Positions 8,769 through 18,234 of a stretch of DNA of 37,933 nt are shown here, in pieces (the stretch's first letter is position 1; every line of letters starts with the position of its first letter). Origin of the DNA: a virus; IMG/VR virus record IMGVR_UViG_3300009068_000006; one strand, given 5' to 3'. The translations under genes and the position numbers were made by a program. The notes below the pieces were generated by a model. The model made no database searches and had not been told where the DNA came from. It saw nothing but the letters and a program-made list of their open reading frames with translations.

Positions 8769-9701
8769 ATGACAACATTTTTGACCCCATCCCCCAAACA
8801 ACAGTTTTTTACTGCTGCTGGCGTACCATTAGTAGGGGGTAAAGTTTATACATACGCTGCGGGTACCTCTACTCCACTAGCTACCTATCAAGATTCTACT
8901 GGCACCGTTAGTAATACTAACCCTATTATTTTGGATTCTAGGGGCGAATGTAATCTTTGGCTTTTACCTGCTAATGCGTATAAATTTATACTAAAAGACA
9001 GCACAGACGCCTTAATTTGGACTGTAGACAATATCAATTTAGGTATTAACTTTAGTAATGTCATCATTACTGGCGGTAGCATTAACGGCGTTACCATTGG
9101 CAATATTGACCCAGGGACTGCCGTATTTACCGATCTAACCGCAACTGGCACTGTCACTTTTAATGGTGTCACGCAGATGCAGATTCCGGCTGGGCCTACG
9201 GCTAATCGCTCTACAACCCCTGTAGATGGCATGATCCGCTACAACAGCACAACTGACCAGTATGAGGGTAACACCACTGTAGCTGGTCAAACTATCTCTA
9301 CGCTTCAATTATCTGGCACGGTGACCGCCATTTTGACTACAGCTAGCACTCATGGCTTATCTACGGGCGATTACATTACCGTTACAGGCGCTACGCCTGC
9401 TGCGTACAACGGTTCGTACAATATTACTTATATTAGTAGCACTTCGTTTAGTTACACTATGGCGTCAAACCCAGGCGGTAATGCTACGGTTGTAGGTACT
9501 TATGAAGTTCATTTATGGTCAAATATTGGTGGCGGGGCTACAGGTGGCGGTACTAATCAAATTTTTTTTGAAAATGAACAGACCGTAACCGCTAACTATA
9601 CAATCACTACAGGTCGTAATGCAATGAGCGCTGGGCCAATTACAATCGATACGGGCGTATCTGTATCTATCCCAACTGGTTCATATTGGGTAATCGTCTA
9701 A
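8769..9701 (+). CDS. Tail fibre / tailspike protein (310 aa)
   Basis: The N-terminus KQQFFTAAGVPLVGGKVYTYAAGTSTPLATYQDSTGTVSNTNPIILDSRGECNLWL is the widespread phage fibre/spike N-terminal anchor pattern (Q-F-x-D/A-x-G-x-PL-x-GGK-x-YTY-x-AGT). GAGG RBS. Confidence 0.7.
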   Translation: MTTFLTPSPKQQFFTAAGVPLVGGKVYTYAAGTSTPLATYQDSTGTVSNTNPIILDSRGECNLWLLPANAYKFILKDSTDALIWTVDNINLGINFSNVIITGGSINGVTIGNIDPGTAVFTDLTATGTVTFNGVTQMQIPAGPTANRSTTPVDGMIRYNSTTDQYEGNTTVAGQTISTLQLSGTVTAILTTASTHGLSTGDYITVTGATPAAYNGSYNITYISSTSFSYTMASNPGGNATVVGTYEVHLWSNIGGGATGGGTNQIFFENEQTVTANYTITTGRNAMSAGPITIDTGVSVSIPTGSYWVIV

Positions 9702-9711
9702 GGAAAATATT

Positions 9712-10149
9712 ATGGCTGGTACTTTAAATGTTACGACAATAAGCGGTGCATCTACAATAACTGGTGTGTCTACTTTAAACGCGGCTAGCGGAGTTCTTGC
9801 CACTCAAAACGGCATGACTGGTATTGCTAAAGCATGGGTTCAGTTTAATGGCGTTACTACTGTATCTATTGCTGGGTCATTTAATGTTAGTTCAGTAACT
9901 CGAAATAGCACCGGTCTATATACGATAACCTACACAACCGCTATGTCTAACGCAAATTATTCTGTTTCAGGTATGGCTCATTTTAAAGACGGAAATTCTG
10001 CAACGGCACTTAGAGTTGTATGTTTGTATGGCAATGCGGCTTTAGCTTCAGTTGTAACCACAACCAGCGTTCAAGTTACAGTTTTATATACAAATGGCTC
10101 TCCTGCGGAAGATTCTGATTGTGTAATGGTTACAGTTTTAGGTTCATAA
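9712..10149 (+). CDS. Fibre-tip-like protein, paralogue A (145 aa)
   Basis: AAGGA RBS. Starts MAGTLNVTT… and contains AKAWVQFNG…SFNVSSVTRNSTGLYTITYTTAMSNANYSV. It parallels the next gene motif for motif. Confidence 0.6.
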   Translation: MAGTLNVTTISGASTITGVSTLNAASGVLATQNGMTGIAKAWVQFNGVTTVSIAGSFNVSSVTRNSTGLYTITYTTAMSNANYSVSGMAHFKDGNSATALRVVCLYGNAALASVVTTTSVQVTVLYTNGSPAEDSDCVMVTVLGS

Positions 10150-10158
10150 GGATAAATC

Positions 10159-10557
10159 ATGGCTGGCACACTAATTACATCAACGCTTCAAGGCACAACC
10201 TTAACGGATGGGACTAATAGCACTTCAACTACTAACTGTATTAAAGGTAGTGCAAAGGCTTGGGTTAAATATGATGGAATTGCTCAAACAATTTATGCTT
10301 CATACAATGTAACTTCTGTTACATACCTTTCATCAGGTCGTTACCAAGTAAACTTTACTACTGCTTTTTCTTCTGCTAATTATGCTGCTTGTGTTACCGC
10401 TTCTGTTGATGGGCAAATAGGAGTTAGTGGTGCTTATAAACTAGCATTTACTGAACAAGCATCAACTTATTTAGCTGGTAGTTGCGTTATTGGAACTGGT
10501 CTACCCACCCCAGCCGTATCCAACTCTGCAATTATTAGTGCAATTTTTACAGGTTAA
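10159..10557 (+). CDS. Fibre-tip-like protein, paralogue B (132 aa)
   Basis: AAGGA RBS. Starts MAGTLITST… and contains AKAWVKYDG…SYNVTSVTYLSSGRYQVNFTTAFSSANYAA. Tandem paralogue of 9712..10149. Confidence 0.6.
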   Translation: MAGTLITSTLQGTTLTDGTNSTSTTNCIKGSAKAWVKYDGIAQTIYASYNVTSVTYLSSGRYQVNFTTAFSSANYAACVTASVDGQIGVSGAYKLAFTEQASTYLAGSCVIGTGLPTPAVSNSAIISAIFTG

Positions 10558-10570
10558 AAAGGAAATCAAA

Positions 10571-10972
10571 ATGACACAAGCAATCATCTTCACAAACTCC
10601 AATGGCGGTGTATCAGTTTGCATCCCTACTGGCGAAATCTCAATTGAAGCCGTACAAGCTAAAGATACCCCTGTTGGTTCTTTAATTGTTAATACTTCTG
10701 ACCTACCAACAAACAATGACTTCTTTGATGCTTGGGAACTGGCTGACGGAGTAGTTACTGTTAGCCTAGCTAAAGCTAAAGACATCACTAAGAAGCGTTT
10801 ACGAGCAGAGCGTGAGCCACTCTTAGCCGCACAAGATGTAGCGTTTCAGCGGGCTCAAGAAGCTAACACCTCTACAACGGCTATCGTGGCTGAAAAGAAA
10901 AGACTGCGTAATATTACAACTTTAGCTGATGCGGCTACAACTTTAGAAGGCTTACGAGCCATTGAGGTGTAA
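10571..10972 (+). CDS. Hypothetical protein, possible fibre assembly/chaperone-like (133 aa)
   Basis: I chose the internal ATG at 10571 with an AAAGGAAA RBS just after the upstream stop; the track start at 10490 would overlap the previous gene by 68 nt. The C-terminal KKRLRAEREPLL…LRNITTLADAATTLEGLRAI pattern resembles phage tail-assembly-chaperone-like domains. This is a recollection, not a search result. Confidence 0.5.
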   Translation: MTQAIIFTNSNGGVSVCIPTGEISIEAVQAKDTPVGSLIVNTSDLPTNNDFFDAWELADGVVTVSLAKAKDITKKRLRAEREPLLAAQDVAFQRAQEANTSTTAIVAEKKRLRNITTLADAATTLEGLRAIEV

Positions 10973-10974
10973 TC

Positions 10975-11493
10975 ATGGCATTAACCCTTAACGGTACAAG
11001 TGGAATTACATTTAACAACGCTACTACACAAGCTAGTGCTGGTAGTGTATTGCAAGTGGTTCAAACAACAACTACTTCAATTACTTCAACTACCTCTACA
11101 ACTTATCAAGCAAGTGCTTTAATTGGAACAATTACACCTAAATTTTCTACTAGCAAAATTTTGTTATCAATTACTGGTGGCGATGTTTATACAAATAACT
11201 CTGGAGTTGCTGGTGATGTAAAAATTTATCGTCAAATCAATAGTGGCGGTTATTCTGTAATGATAAGCTCAGCAACAGCTAGACAAGATTATGGATTTTA
11301 TGGCCCAAATAGTGCAATTTTAGTTCCTCATTCATTTATGTATTTAGATTCTCCAGCAACAACTACTGCTGTAAATTATCAACCATATTACAGAGTTAAT
11401 CCTGATGGTACTGCTGGAACATTTAGTTTTAATGTAGGGTATTTTGGATATCCTGGAATAGTAACATTAACTTTAATGGAGATTGCAGGATGA
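10975..11493 (+). CDS. Fibre-related structural protein (172 aa)
   Basis: GAGGTG RBS. Starts MALTLNGTSGITFNNATTQAS, similar in style to the two MAGTL paralogues. Thr/Ser-rich. Confidence 0.55.
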   Translation: MALTLNGTSGITFNNATTQASAGSVLQVVQTTTTSITSTTSTTYQASALIGTITPKFSTSKILLSITGGDVYTNNSGVAGDVKIYRQINSGGYSVMISSATARQDYGFYGPNSAILVPHSFMYLDSPATTTAVNYQPYYRVNPDGTAGTFSFNVGYFGYPGIVTLTLMEIAG

Positions 11494-11717
11494 TTGATAT
11501 TACTTCAGCAATTTACAAACTTTACCCTAATGTAGTCCGCACAGTAGGCAATACTGCTTACGATGCAGACGGTAATGAAGTAGCTTACAACCTACGAGCC
11601 GTAACTGCACAAGCACAAACGGATGCACAGGCAGTCATTGATACAAAAACTTCTGCATTAGCTAAATTAGCCACACTTGGTCTAACTGCTGACGAAATAA
11701 AAGCGTTAATTAGATAA
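11490..11717 (+). CDS. Hypothetical protein (75 aa)
   Basis: ATGA start/stop overlap with the upstream gene. No motif recognised. Confidence 0.5.
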   Translation: MIDITSAIYKLYPNVVRTVGNTAYDADGNEVAYNLRAVTAQAQTDAQAVIDTKTSALAKLATLGLTADEIKALIR

Positions 11718-11720
11718 TTT

Positions 11721-12062
11721 ATGACTGTTTACGTCAAGGTTCTGATCCCTGCCAAGATTGCTGAAAATACGCAAACTACGCAATACACTGCGGGCAATAA
11801 CATCACGACTATTATTGACAAATTTACGGCTACTAACTATAGCGCGTCTAGCGCTACGCTTAGTGTGAACCTCGTTACGGTAGCGGGTACGGCAGGCAAT
11901 AACAACTTAATCATTAAGGCTAAAAGTTTGAGCGCAGGAGAAACGTATGCTTTTCCTGAGATTGTTGGACAAGCGTTGGAACCTGGTGGCTTTATATCCA
12001 CCATCGCTAGCGCTGCTACCTCCATCACTATTCGGTCTAACGGCCGTGAGATCTCAAGCTAA
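11721..12062 (+). CDS. Hypothetical protein (113 aa)
   Basis: ORF in the operon. Its stop overlaps the next start (TAATG). Confidence 0.5.
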   Translation: MTVYVKVLIPAKIAENTQTTQYTAGNNITTIIDKFTATNYSASSATLSVNLVTVAGTAGNNNLIIKAKSLSAGETYAFPEIVGQALEPGGFISTIASAATSITIRSNGREISS

Positions 12063-12907
12063 TGCAACATACAGTCAACGTCACTTATGGCAAAGGGTTT
12101 AATTTCCTGCCGGTAGTGCCTTTGCGTGAAAAAATAGAACTCTTGCAAGAAGAATTGTTAAAAAGACCCCAAGCGGATGTTCAATACTTACATTCGTTTG
12201 AGCCTGGCAAGTACATCCGTACCATGATTGCCCCGCCCAATACCGTTATCGTAGGTGCCGAGCATAAGACGCCATATAAAGTTAGGCTTGAAAAAGGTAC
12301 GATTGCGGTTAATATCGGCGATGAAATTAAAATACTAACGGCGCCGCTTGAAATGGACGTACTGGCTGGCGCCAAACGTGCTGGTCATGTCTTTGATGAA
12401 GAATTGGTTTGGGTCGATATTTATGATAACCCTGATGATTGCCAAGATATTGCAACGATTGAAGAACGCCTGTACGTTATTCCTGAATGTGGGTTAATGT
12501 CCAATCGCATACCAAAGCAACTTGCGGAAGTTAAAAGTGACTATGAACTGTTTTTAACTCAAATTGGATTAGATCAAACAGAAGTAGATAAAATAGTATC
12601 TATTGAGCATGATTTAATGGAAATGCCAAAAGAATATTTTACGGCGCTTAAACCATCAAAAATTCATGGTGATGGTTTATTTGCGACAAAAAGCTTTAGA
12701 ATGTGGGAAGTTGTTTGCCCATGTAGATTAGACGGAAAACGGACGCCAGGCGGTAGATTTGTTAACCATTCACATAAAAACAATCTAATGCCAATAAAGA
12801 TTGGCGATGATATTTATGCAGTGGCAAGTCAAGATATTTACGAAAACGAAGAATTATTGCTAAATTATCGGGATATGATGCTTGTTAATTTTGGTATTGG
12901 GCTATAA
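12062..12907 (+). CDS. Cupin-like beta-barrel / SET-domain fusion protein (putative protein-lysine methyltransferase)
   Basis: The C-terminal ~80 aa carry SET landmarks: KIHGDGLFATKSFRMWEVV (cf. vSET GGYGVFARKSFEKGELV), RFVNHSHKNN (NHSxxPN-type) and ENEELLLNY (E-E-L-x-x-x-Y). The N-terminal half (HSFEPGKYIRTMIAPPNTVIVGAEHKTPYKVRLEKGTIAV…) looks like a small double-stranded beta-helix. Confidence 0.7.
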   Translation: MQHTVNVTYGKGFNFLPVVPLREKIELLQEELLKRPQADVQYLHSFEPGKYIRTMIAPPNTVIVGAEHKTPYKVRLEKGTIAVNIGDEIKILTAPLEMDVLAGAKRAGHVFDEELVWVDIYDNPDDCQDIATIEERLYVIPECGLMSNRIPKQLAEVKSDYELFLTQIGLDQTEVDKIVSIEHDLMEMPKEYFTALKPSKIHGDGLFATKSFRMWEVVCPCRLDGKRTPGGRFVNHSHKNNLMPIKIGDDIYAVASQDIYENEELLLNYRDMMLVNFGIGL

Positions 12908-12919
12908 AGGAGAATTAAT

Positions 12920-13684
12920 ATGTCAGCGGGAATATCAGCGAGTGCGGCAGTTGTCGGCGGTGCAATTCTTGGAGGGGCTTACTTAAGCTCACAAGCGGCT
13001 AAAAACGCGGCGGGTACGCAAGCCGACGCTGCGCGATACGCTGCGGATGCCCAAGGTAGAGCTACAGAACAACAAATAGCTCTTTCGGAGCCATATCGGG
13101 CTGCGGGTACGACTGCCCTAAACCAACTATCCCAAATGAGTCAGCCTGGCGGCAGATTAACTGAAGAATTTAACCCTGCTACGGCCTCCACTATGGATCC
13201 AGGCTACGCGTTTAGGCTTAGAGAAGGCATGAAAGCGCTCAACGCAACGGCTGCGGCTAGAGGTGGTTTGATCTCTGGCAACGCTCTAAGAGCCGCTACA
13301 GGCTATGGTCAAGAAATGGGATCGCAAGAGTACACCAACGCGTTTAACCGCTATCAGATAAACCGCGCTAATTTACTTGATCCGTTGAAGTTTTTATCAG
13401 GTCAAGGCCAAGCTGCTGCGGCTGGACAGGCCGCTAACATTGGCGCCGGTGCAACCAACACTGCCAACTTAATGACAGGCGCGGCTAATGCTAACGCAGC
13501 AGGTCAAGTTGGCTCTGCTAATGCGTATGCAAACGCTATAGGTCAAGGCGTTAGTATGTATAACACTAATCAATTATTGAATAGATTTGCGCCACAAACG
13601 CAAGCAGCTAATTATTATGGTACAACGCCAGGAACTACGGGTGATTTTCAATCCTCATCATACGGCGGCAGTGCAATAGGTTAA
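12920..13684 (+). CDS. Internal virion / ejection protein candidate (254 aa)
   Basis: AAGGAG RBS. It has an N-terminal hydrophobic Gly/Ala segment (AAVVGGAILGGAYL) followed by Ala/Gln/Asn/Gly-rich low complexity. It occupies the position of P22-type ejection proteins, after the tail genes and before lysis. Confidence 0.5.
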   Translation: MSAGISASAAVVGGAILGGAYLSSQAAKNAAGTQADAARYAADAQGRATEQQIALSEPYRAAGTTALNQLSQMSQPGGRLTEEFNPATASTMDPGYAFRLREGMKALNATAAARGGLISGNALRAATGYGQEMGSQEYTNAFNRYQINRANLLDPLKFLSGQGQAAAAGQAANIGAGATNTANLMTGAANANAAGQVGSANAYANAIGQGVSMYNTNQLLNRFAPQTQAANYYGTTPGTTGDFQSSSYGGSAIG

Positions 13685-13694
13685 AGGAATAAAT

Positions 13695-14858
13695 ATGCCA
13701 ATCGATCCAAATATCCCCCTACAAGCTAAAAATCCGCAAATTGAAACGGGTATAAACCAATTAGCTTCGGTTGGCGAAGCTATGAAAATTGGCGAAATGC
13801 AACGCGGCATAGGCGTTCAAAACGAATTACGCAAATTATATTCGCAAGGGATTGATGTCGGTACCCCTGAAGGATTTAAACAAGTAGCCGCGCTTGACCC
13901 TGCAACAGCGTTAAAACTACGGGCTGACGCGTTGCAAGGACGTAAACTTGAAGGTGATATTACTAAAACCGGTTTTGAAATAGATAAGCAAAAAATGGAT
14001 TTGTTTCGTGAGCGCATAGGTAATCTTGCGTTTAACCCCTCAAACGCTAATATTCAAGCGCATTTAGAAGATTCGGTTAAAAGAGGTGAAATAACACCGC
14101 AAGTGGCGCAACAACAGTTTGCACAAGCTACCGCTGTTCCTATAGATAAACGTTCAGATTACTTTACTCAAATGGGTATGAAAGTAGAACAACGCGTAAC
14201 AGCGGCTGAACAATTACGCCATAACAGAGCTACTGAAGGTATTCAAGGTGGTCATTTGGATGTTGCTCGTCAAAATTTAGCAGCGCAAAATAATCCTGAT
14301 TTACAAGGTACGCTTGCCGCAGCTAAAGCTAGTGGTACAACTAAAGGCAAAGCTATTGCTACAGCAGAGCTTAATTTACCTGGAGCTATTGCTACAGGTC
14401 AAGAACTTGAACGTAAAATTTATGAAATGGTTGGTAAACCTCCAGTTTATAAAGATGGTAAATTAGTTCAAGCTGGCACGGCGCCTCATGCAGGATTTAA
14501 AGGCGCTGTTGGTATGGGAAGCTGGAAAACACTTGGAATACCAGGTGTTGAACAACTTATGCCTGGATCAGCTGCATCTGACTTTAAAGCGCGTTTTGAT
14601 GAAGTTATGGGTGGCGCGTTTGAAGAAGCTTACAATACGCTTAAAGGCGGTGGTTCTATTACTGAAAAAGAAGGTGAAAAAGCAACCGCAGCTAAAACTC
14701 GTATGCGTTTAGCCCAAAGTGAACAAGAATTTATAACGGCTGCAAGAGAATACGCAGGTGTTGTTAACAAAGGCATAGAACGTGCAAAAACTAAAGCAGC
14801 TGGCGGTAGTGCAAATCCAGCCGCAAGCGGTGAAATTGACTTTAATAGCTTGAAATAA
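13695..14858 (+). CDS. Internal virion / ejection protein candidate (387 aa)
   Basis: AAGGA RBS. No catalytic motif recognised. Assigned by position and composition. Confidence 0.5.
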   Translation: MPIDPNIPLQAKNPQIETGINQLASVGEAMKIGEMQRGIGVQNELRKLYSQGIDVGTPEGFKQVAALDPATALKLRADALQGRKLEGDITKTGFEIDKQKMDLFRERIGNLAFNPSNANIQAHLEDSVKRGEITPQVAQQQFAQATAVPIDKRSDYFTQMGMKVEQRVTAAEQLRHNRATEGIQGGHLDVARQNLAAQNNPDLQGTLAAAKASGTTKGKAIATAELNLPGAIATGQELERKIYEMVGKPPVYKDGKLVQAGTAPHAGFKGAVGMGSWKTLGIPGVEQLMPGSAASDFKARFDEVMGGAFEEAYNTLKGGGSITEKEGEKATAAKTRMRLAQSEQEFITAAREYAGVVNKGIERAKTKAAGGSANPAASGEIDFNSLK

Positions 14859-14868
14859 AGGATCCATC

Positions 14869-17202
14869 ATGGATGTCCGTTTACCAGATGGTACCTTGTT
14901 AAGAAACGTGCCTGATGGCATGAGCAAAACTGATTTAACTGCTAAATTGCAATCTAATGGTTACGATATTGGCAAATTAGGCGCGCCTGCGGAAGCTATG
15001 CCTTCTGTACGTCAAAATGTAGCTGCGGAAGAATCAAATTTTATTCCTAGAAGTTGGGAAGAAGCTAAAACACAATTACGTCAAGATCCGCTTATTGGCG
15101 TTGGCGCTGGGCTTTATAAAGGTTTTAAAGATGTCACTGACACCGGATTAAAGTTAGCCGCAAGCGCTGTTGATTATGTTTTGCCAAAGCCACCAGGCGA
15201 AATGAGCCGCCGTGAAAAAATTAACGCTTTAGCGGACATTCAAGATAAACAATATGAAGCTACTTATGGCGAAAATATAACCGCGCCTTCAAGTCGTATT
15301 GTTGGTAATGCTTTAGCTACATATCCTGTTGGCGGCGCTATTGCAGCGCCAATTAAAGCCGTTGGTAATGCTATACCTGCTGTGGCTAGATTTACCGCCC
15401 CTATTGCTGAATCTATTGCTTCAGGTGGCTTTAGAACAGGTTTACCGACAGCTACTACATTGGCTGAAAAAGCAGTTGCAACAGGTGTTAGAGCTGCTGG
15501 CGGCGCTACTTTAGGTGGTGCTTCAGCAGCTGCCGTTAACCCTAATGATTTTGAATCAGGTGTTGTTATTGGCGCGGCGGTTCCTACTGTTGTAGCCCCC
15601 GTAGTTAAAGGATTAACTAAAGTTGGCGGCAAACTTTATGACTTAGCAGCAGGGCAATTACCTAATGTTCAAGCAGGTAAATTAGCCCGTGAAATGGCTG
15701 GCGAACAAATTAATGCAATCCGCGCTGCCAACGGAGCTGCACCTTTAGATATTACCGCCGCACAAGCTACGTACAACATCGACAACGACGTTTGGCAAGC
15801 ATTTAATGATGTCATCCAAGGCAAAGATAAAAAAGCCGTATTTAGCACTTTAAAAACTAAACAAGCACAAGATCAGTTTGACATTTTGGCTAACTTAGCT
15901 GGTGGAGCTAACCAAGCCGAAGCTAGAGGAAGTCGTGAAGCGACCAACAAACTACTAAACCAAGTTACTACGCCAATGCGTGAACAGAATTTATTGGCGG
16001 CTAACGTAGGCGGTCAAGTTGGCATCCCATTGCAACAAGAAGCTAACGCAGCTCGTCAAGCTGCGGCGGCTAATGTGGATGAAGTACGCCGTTTAGAAGC
16101 GCTTAAAGGTCGTGCTATTAGCCCACAGCCAGGTAATCTAATGAATGATTACCCATTAAGCAATATGCCTGAAAAAGCTGATCAATTATCTAATCAAGCC
16201 GCCGCAGAATCATTGGCGCAAGGTGAAGCCGCAAGAATTGCTGAAGCTAAAGTAGCTGATTTAAAAGCAAATGGTTTAAATCCATTAGATATTAGCGGTG
16301 TAACGGGCAAATTGCGTAGTTTGGCTACAGCTCCTGGCACCCGCGCTGACCCAGTTCAAGTCAAAGTATTGTCTAGCGTTGAGCAACAACTTAAAGACCT
16401 AGCAGCGCGTAATGGCGGTGTTATTAATGCAGCAGATTTATACCAATTACGAAAAACAGGTATTAACGATACGATTGAAGCTGAATTGCGTTCAGGTGGA
16501 TTAGACCCAAGTACGCAAAGCAAACGTATTGCTGATATGTTGGGTCAAGTTCGTCCTTTGGTTGATGACGCTATTGAAGCAGCTGGTGGCAAAGGTTGGC
16601 GTGATTATTTATCTACCCACGCTGCCGGTATGCGTCAAATTGAGCAAAAAGATCTTGCGGCTACCGCAATGGAATTGTACAAAAGATCACCTAAAGATTT
16701 TATTGAGCTTATTAAAGGCAATAATGTTAAAGCTATCGAAGAAATTTTTGGCCCAGGCAATTACGATATTGCCAAAACAATGGGCGATCAAATGGTCAAA
16801 TTGCAAAAAGTTGCTGGTGAAGTTGAACGTGATGTTATTGACATTCCTAAACGTATCGCAGCTGGTCGCAAAGCTTTAGAAATTACCGAACCAAGCGTTT
16901 CAGGCAAAATTCCAGGCTTTGTAGGCTACAAAACGGCGTTGGCTAAGAAATTTGTCCAAGTTGCGGAAGGCAAAGTTAATCAAAAAACAATGGAGGCGCT
17001 TATTAAGGGCGCTGAAAATGGCAAAAATATGAACGATTTGCTTAATACGTTGCCAGCACAAGAGCGTGTTAAAGTCCTTAAAGTTTTGTCAAATAGTAAA
17101 GAATGGAACGCTTGGGTAACTCGCGCTGCTGGAGCTGCTGCAACTGAACCTGTTAATAATTTAGCTCCAAGTGAGCAAAATCAAAATGCACTTGCGAGAT
17201 AA
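14869..17202 (+). CDS. Large internal virion / ejection protein candidate (777 aa)
   Basis: AAGGA RBS. It is the largest non-enzymatic ORF and has an Ala/Gly-rich hydrophobic central region (aa ~140-250) followed by long helical stretches. Assigned by position. Confidence 0.55.
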   Translation: MDVRLPDGTLLRNVPDGMSKTDLTAKLQSNGYDIGKLGAPAEAMPSVRQNVAAEESNFIPRSWEEAKTQLRQDPLIGVGAGLYKGFKDVTDTGLKLAASAVDYVLPKPPGEMSRREKINALADIQDKQYEATYGENITAPSSRIVGNALATYPVGGAIAAPIKAVGNAIPAVARFTAPIAESIASGGFRTGLPTATTLAEKAVATGVRAAGGATLGGASAAAVNPNDFESGVVIGAAVPTVVAPVVKGLTKVGGKLYDLAAGQLPNVQAGKLAREMAGEQINAIRAANGAAPLDITAAQATYNIDNDVWQAFNDVIQGKDKKAVFSTLKTKQAQDQFDILANLAGGANQAEARGSREATNKLLNQVTTPMREQNLLAANVGGQVGIPLQQEANAARQAAAANVDEVRRLEALKGRAISPQPGNLMNDYPLSNMPEKADQLSNQAAAESLAQGEAARIAEAKVADLKANGLNPLDISGVTGKLRSLATAPGTRADPVQVKVLSSVEQQLKDLAARNGGVINAADLYQLRKTGINDTIEAELRSGGLDPSTQSKRIADMLGQVRPLVDDAIEAAGGKGWRDYLSTHAAGMRQIEQKDLAATAMELYKRSPKDFIELIKGNNVKAIEEIFGPGNYDIAKTMGDQMVKLQKVAGEVERDVIDIPKRIAAGRKALEITEPSVSGKIPGFVGYKTALAKKFVQVAEGKVNQKTMEALIKGAENGKNMNDLLNTLPAQERVKVLKVLSNSKEWNAWVTRAAGAAATEPVNNLAPSEQNQNALAR

Positions 17203-17204
17203 AC

Positions 17205-17438
17205 ATGGATTGGCAAATGATTATCAACCTCGGCGGTGCTGCTGCCCTTTCTAGCCTTGGTTGGTTTGCCCGCCAAATCTGGGATTCTGTTCAAAATTTA
17301 AAGAATGATGTAAAGCAGATCGAGATTAATCTACCAACCAATTACATCAAAAAAGACGAAATTAAAGAGCGTTTTGATCGTATTGAAATGTTGTTAGACA
17401 AGCTGTATGAAAAGCTAGAGCAAAAAGCAGATAAATGA
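17205..17438 (+). CDS. Membrane-anchored coiled-coil protein (77 aa), lysis-region
   Basis: N-terminal TM segment (IINLGGAAALSSLGWFA) followed by a charged helix. Similar in layout to 17968..18234. Confidence 0.5.
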   Translation: MDWQMIINLGGAAALSSLGWFARQIWDSVQNLKNDVKQIEINLPTNYIKKDEIKERFDRIEMLLDKLYEKLEQKADK

Positions 17439-17441
17439 TGT

Positions 17442-17888
17442 ATGTCAGACCCATTCGGAATAACAGATGGTGTCAAACAAGTCACCAAAAGCATTAATGA
17501 GTCAGTAAAGGCGAGTCAAGAACTTAGCAAAGCAATTGATGGCGTATTAGAGGTAGCGGATAAGGCAGCAAAAGAAAGGGCAGATTCTAGAAAAAAAGCT
17601 AGGCAAGTTAATCCTGATACCGCAACCATTATTGAAGCCGTAGACGAGTGGCAACAACTTTTAATAGCACGGCAGTCAGAAGCAAAGATTCAAGAGCAAA
17701 TTACCAAGAAGTACGGTAGTCATGCTTGGGATGAAATACAAGGTATTAAAGCTAGAAAGCAGTGGGAAGAACGGCAAGATAGGTATTTAGAACAACACGA
17801 CAGGCGGGTCATGAAAAGCGTTATGTTGCTCTGTTACATATTTGCTGGCTGGATTGCTTATGAATTAACTTGGGGTATGTGGCGATGA
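17442..17888 (+). CDS. C-terminally membrane-anchored protein (148 aa)
   Basis: Charged helical N-terminus with a C-terminal TM segment (VMLLCYIFAGWIAYELTWGMW). Confidence 0.5.
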   Translation: MSDPFGITDGVKQVTKSINESVKASQELSKAIDGVLEVADKAAKERADSRKKARQVNPDTATIIEAVDEWQQLLIARQSEAKIQEQITKKYGSHAWDEIQGIKARKQWEERQDRYLEQHDRRVMKSVMLLCYIFAGWIAYELTWGMWR

Positions 17889-17965
17889 AAGATGACTTAC
17901 TAATGTGGACATGGGTAGCAACCATAATCATAATTTTATATACCATTTACAGTTATTTAGAGTGA
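17885..17965 (+). CDS. Small hydrophobic peptide (26 aa, MKDDLLMWTWVATIIIILYTIYSYLE)
   Basis: Hand-translated. Its ATG overlaps the upstream TGA (ATGA at 17885-17888) and it ends 2 nt before the ATG at 17968. Single TM segment. Confidence 0.3.
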   Translation: MKDDLLMWTWVATIIIILYTIYSYLE

Positions 17966-17967
17966 AT

Positions 17968-18234
17968 ATGAATATTCAAGACATTTTAAAGGCGGTATTG
18001 CCAATTGTTGTAGCGTGTTTGGCTTGGTTATTAGGTCAAGTATCAGACTTTTCTACACGCCTTACCAAGATTGAAGGGCAGATGCCAGCTTTGATTACTA
18101 AGGAAAATGTACCAACTGACTCTCCTCTTTCTGCTGAAGCAAGACATAGGCTTAAAGAAGAAGTTTACAAAGACATCCATCAACTTCAAGTAAAAGTTCA
18201 ATTGCTTGAAGAACGAGAAAAAGGGAGAAAATAA
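17968..18234 (+). CDS. Membrane-anchored coiled-coil protein (88 aa), lysis-region
   Basis: I preferred the ATG at 17968 (MNIQDILKAVLPIVVACLAWLLGQV…) over the GTG at 17905. N-terminal TM segment plus a helical, charged C-terminus. Possible i-spanin-like topology. Confidence 0.5.
   Translation: MNIQDILKAVLPIVVACLAWLLGQVSDFSTRLTKIEGQMPALITKENVPTDSPLSAEARHRLKEEVYKDIHQLQVKVQLLEEREKGRK

Noticed and set aside
10490-10570. Longer N-terminal extensions offered by the ORF track (10490, 17905 GTG, 22189, 34333, 34463, 20160, 29293)
   Set aside because: In each case an internal start has a better RBS or a start/stop overlap with the upstream gene, and it removes a long out-of-frame overlap. The choices remain unverified.
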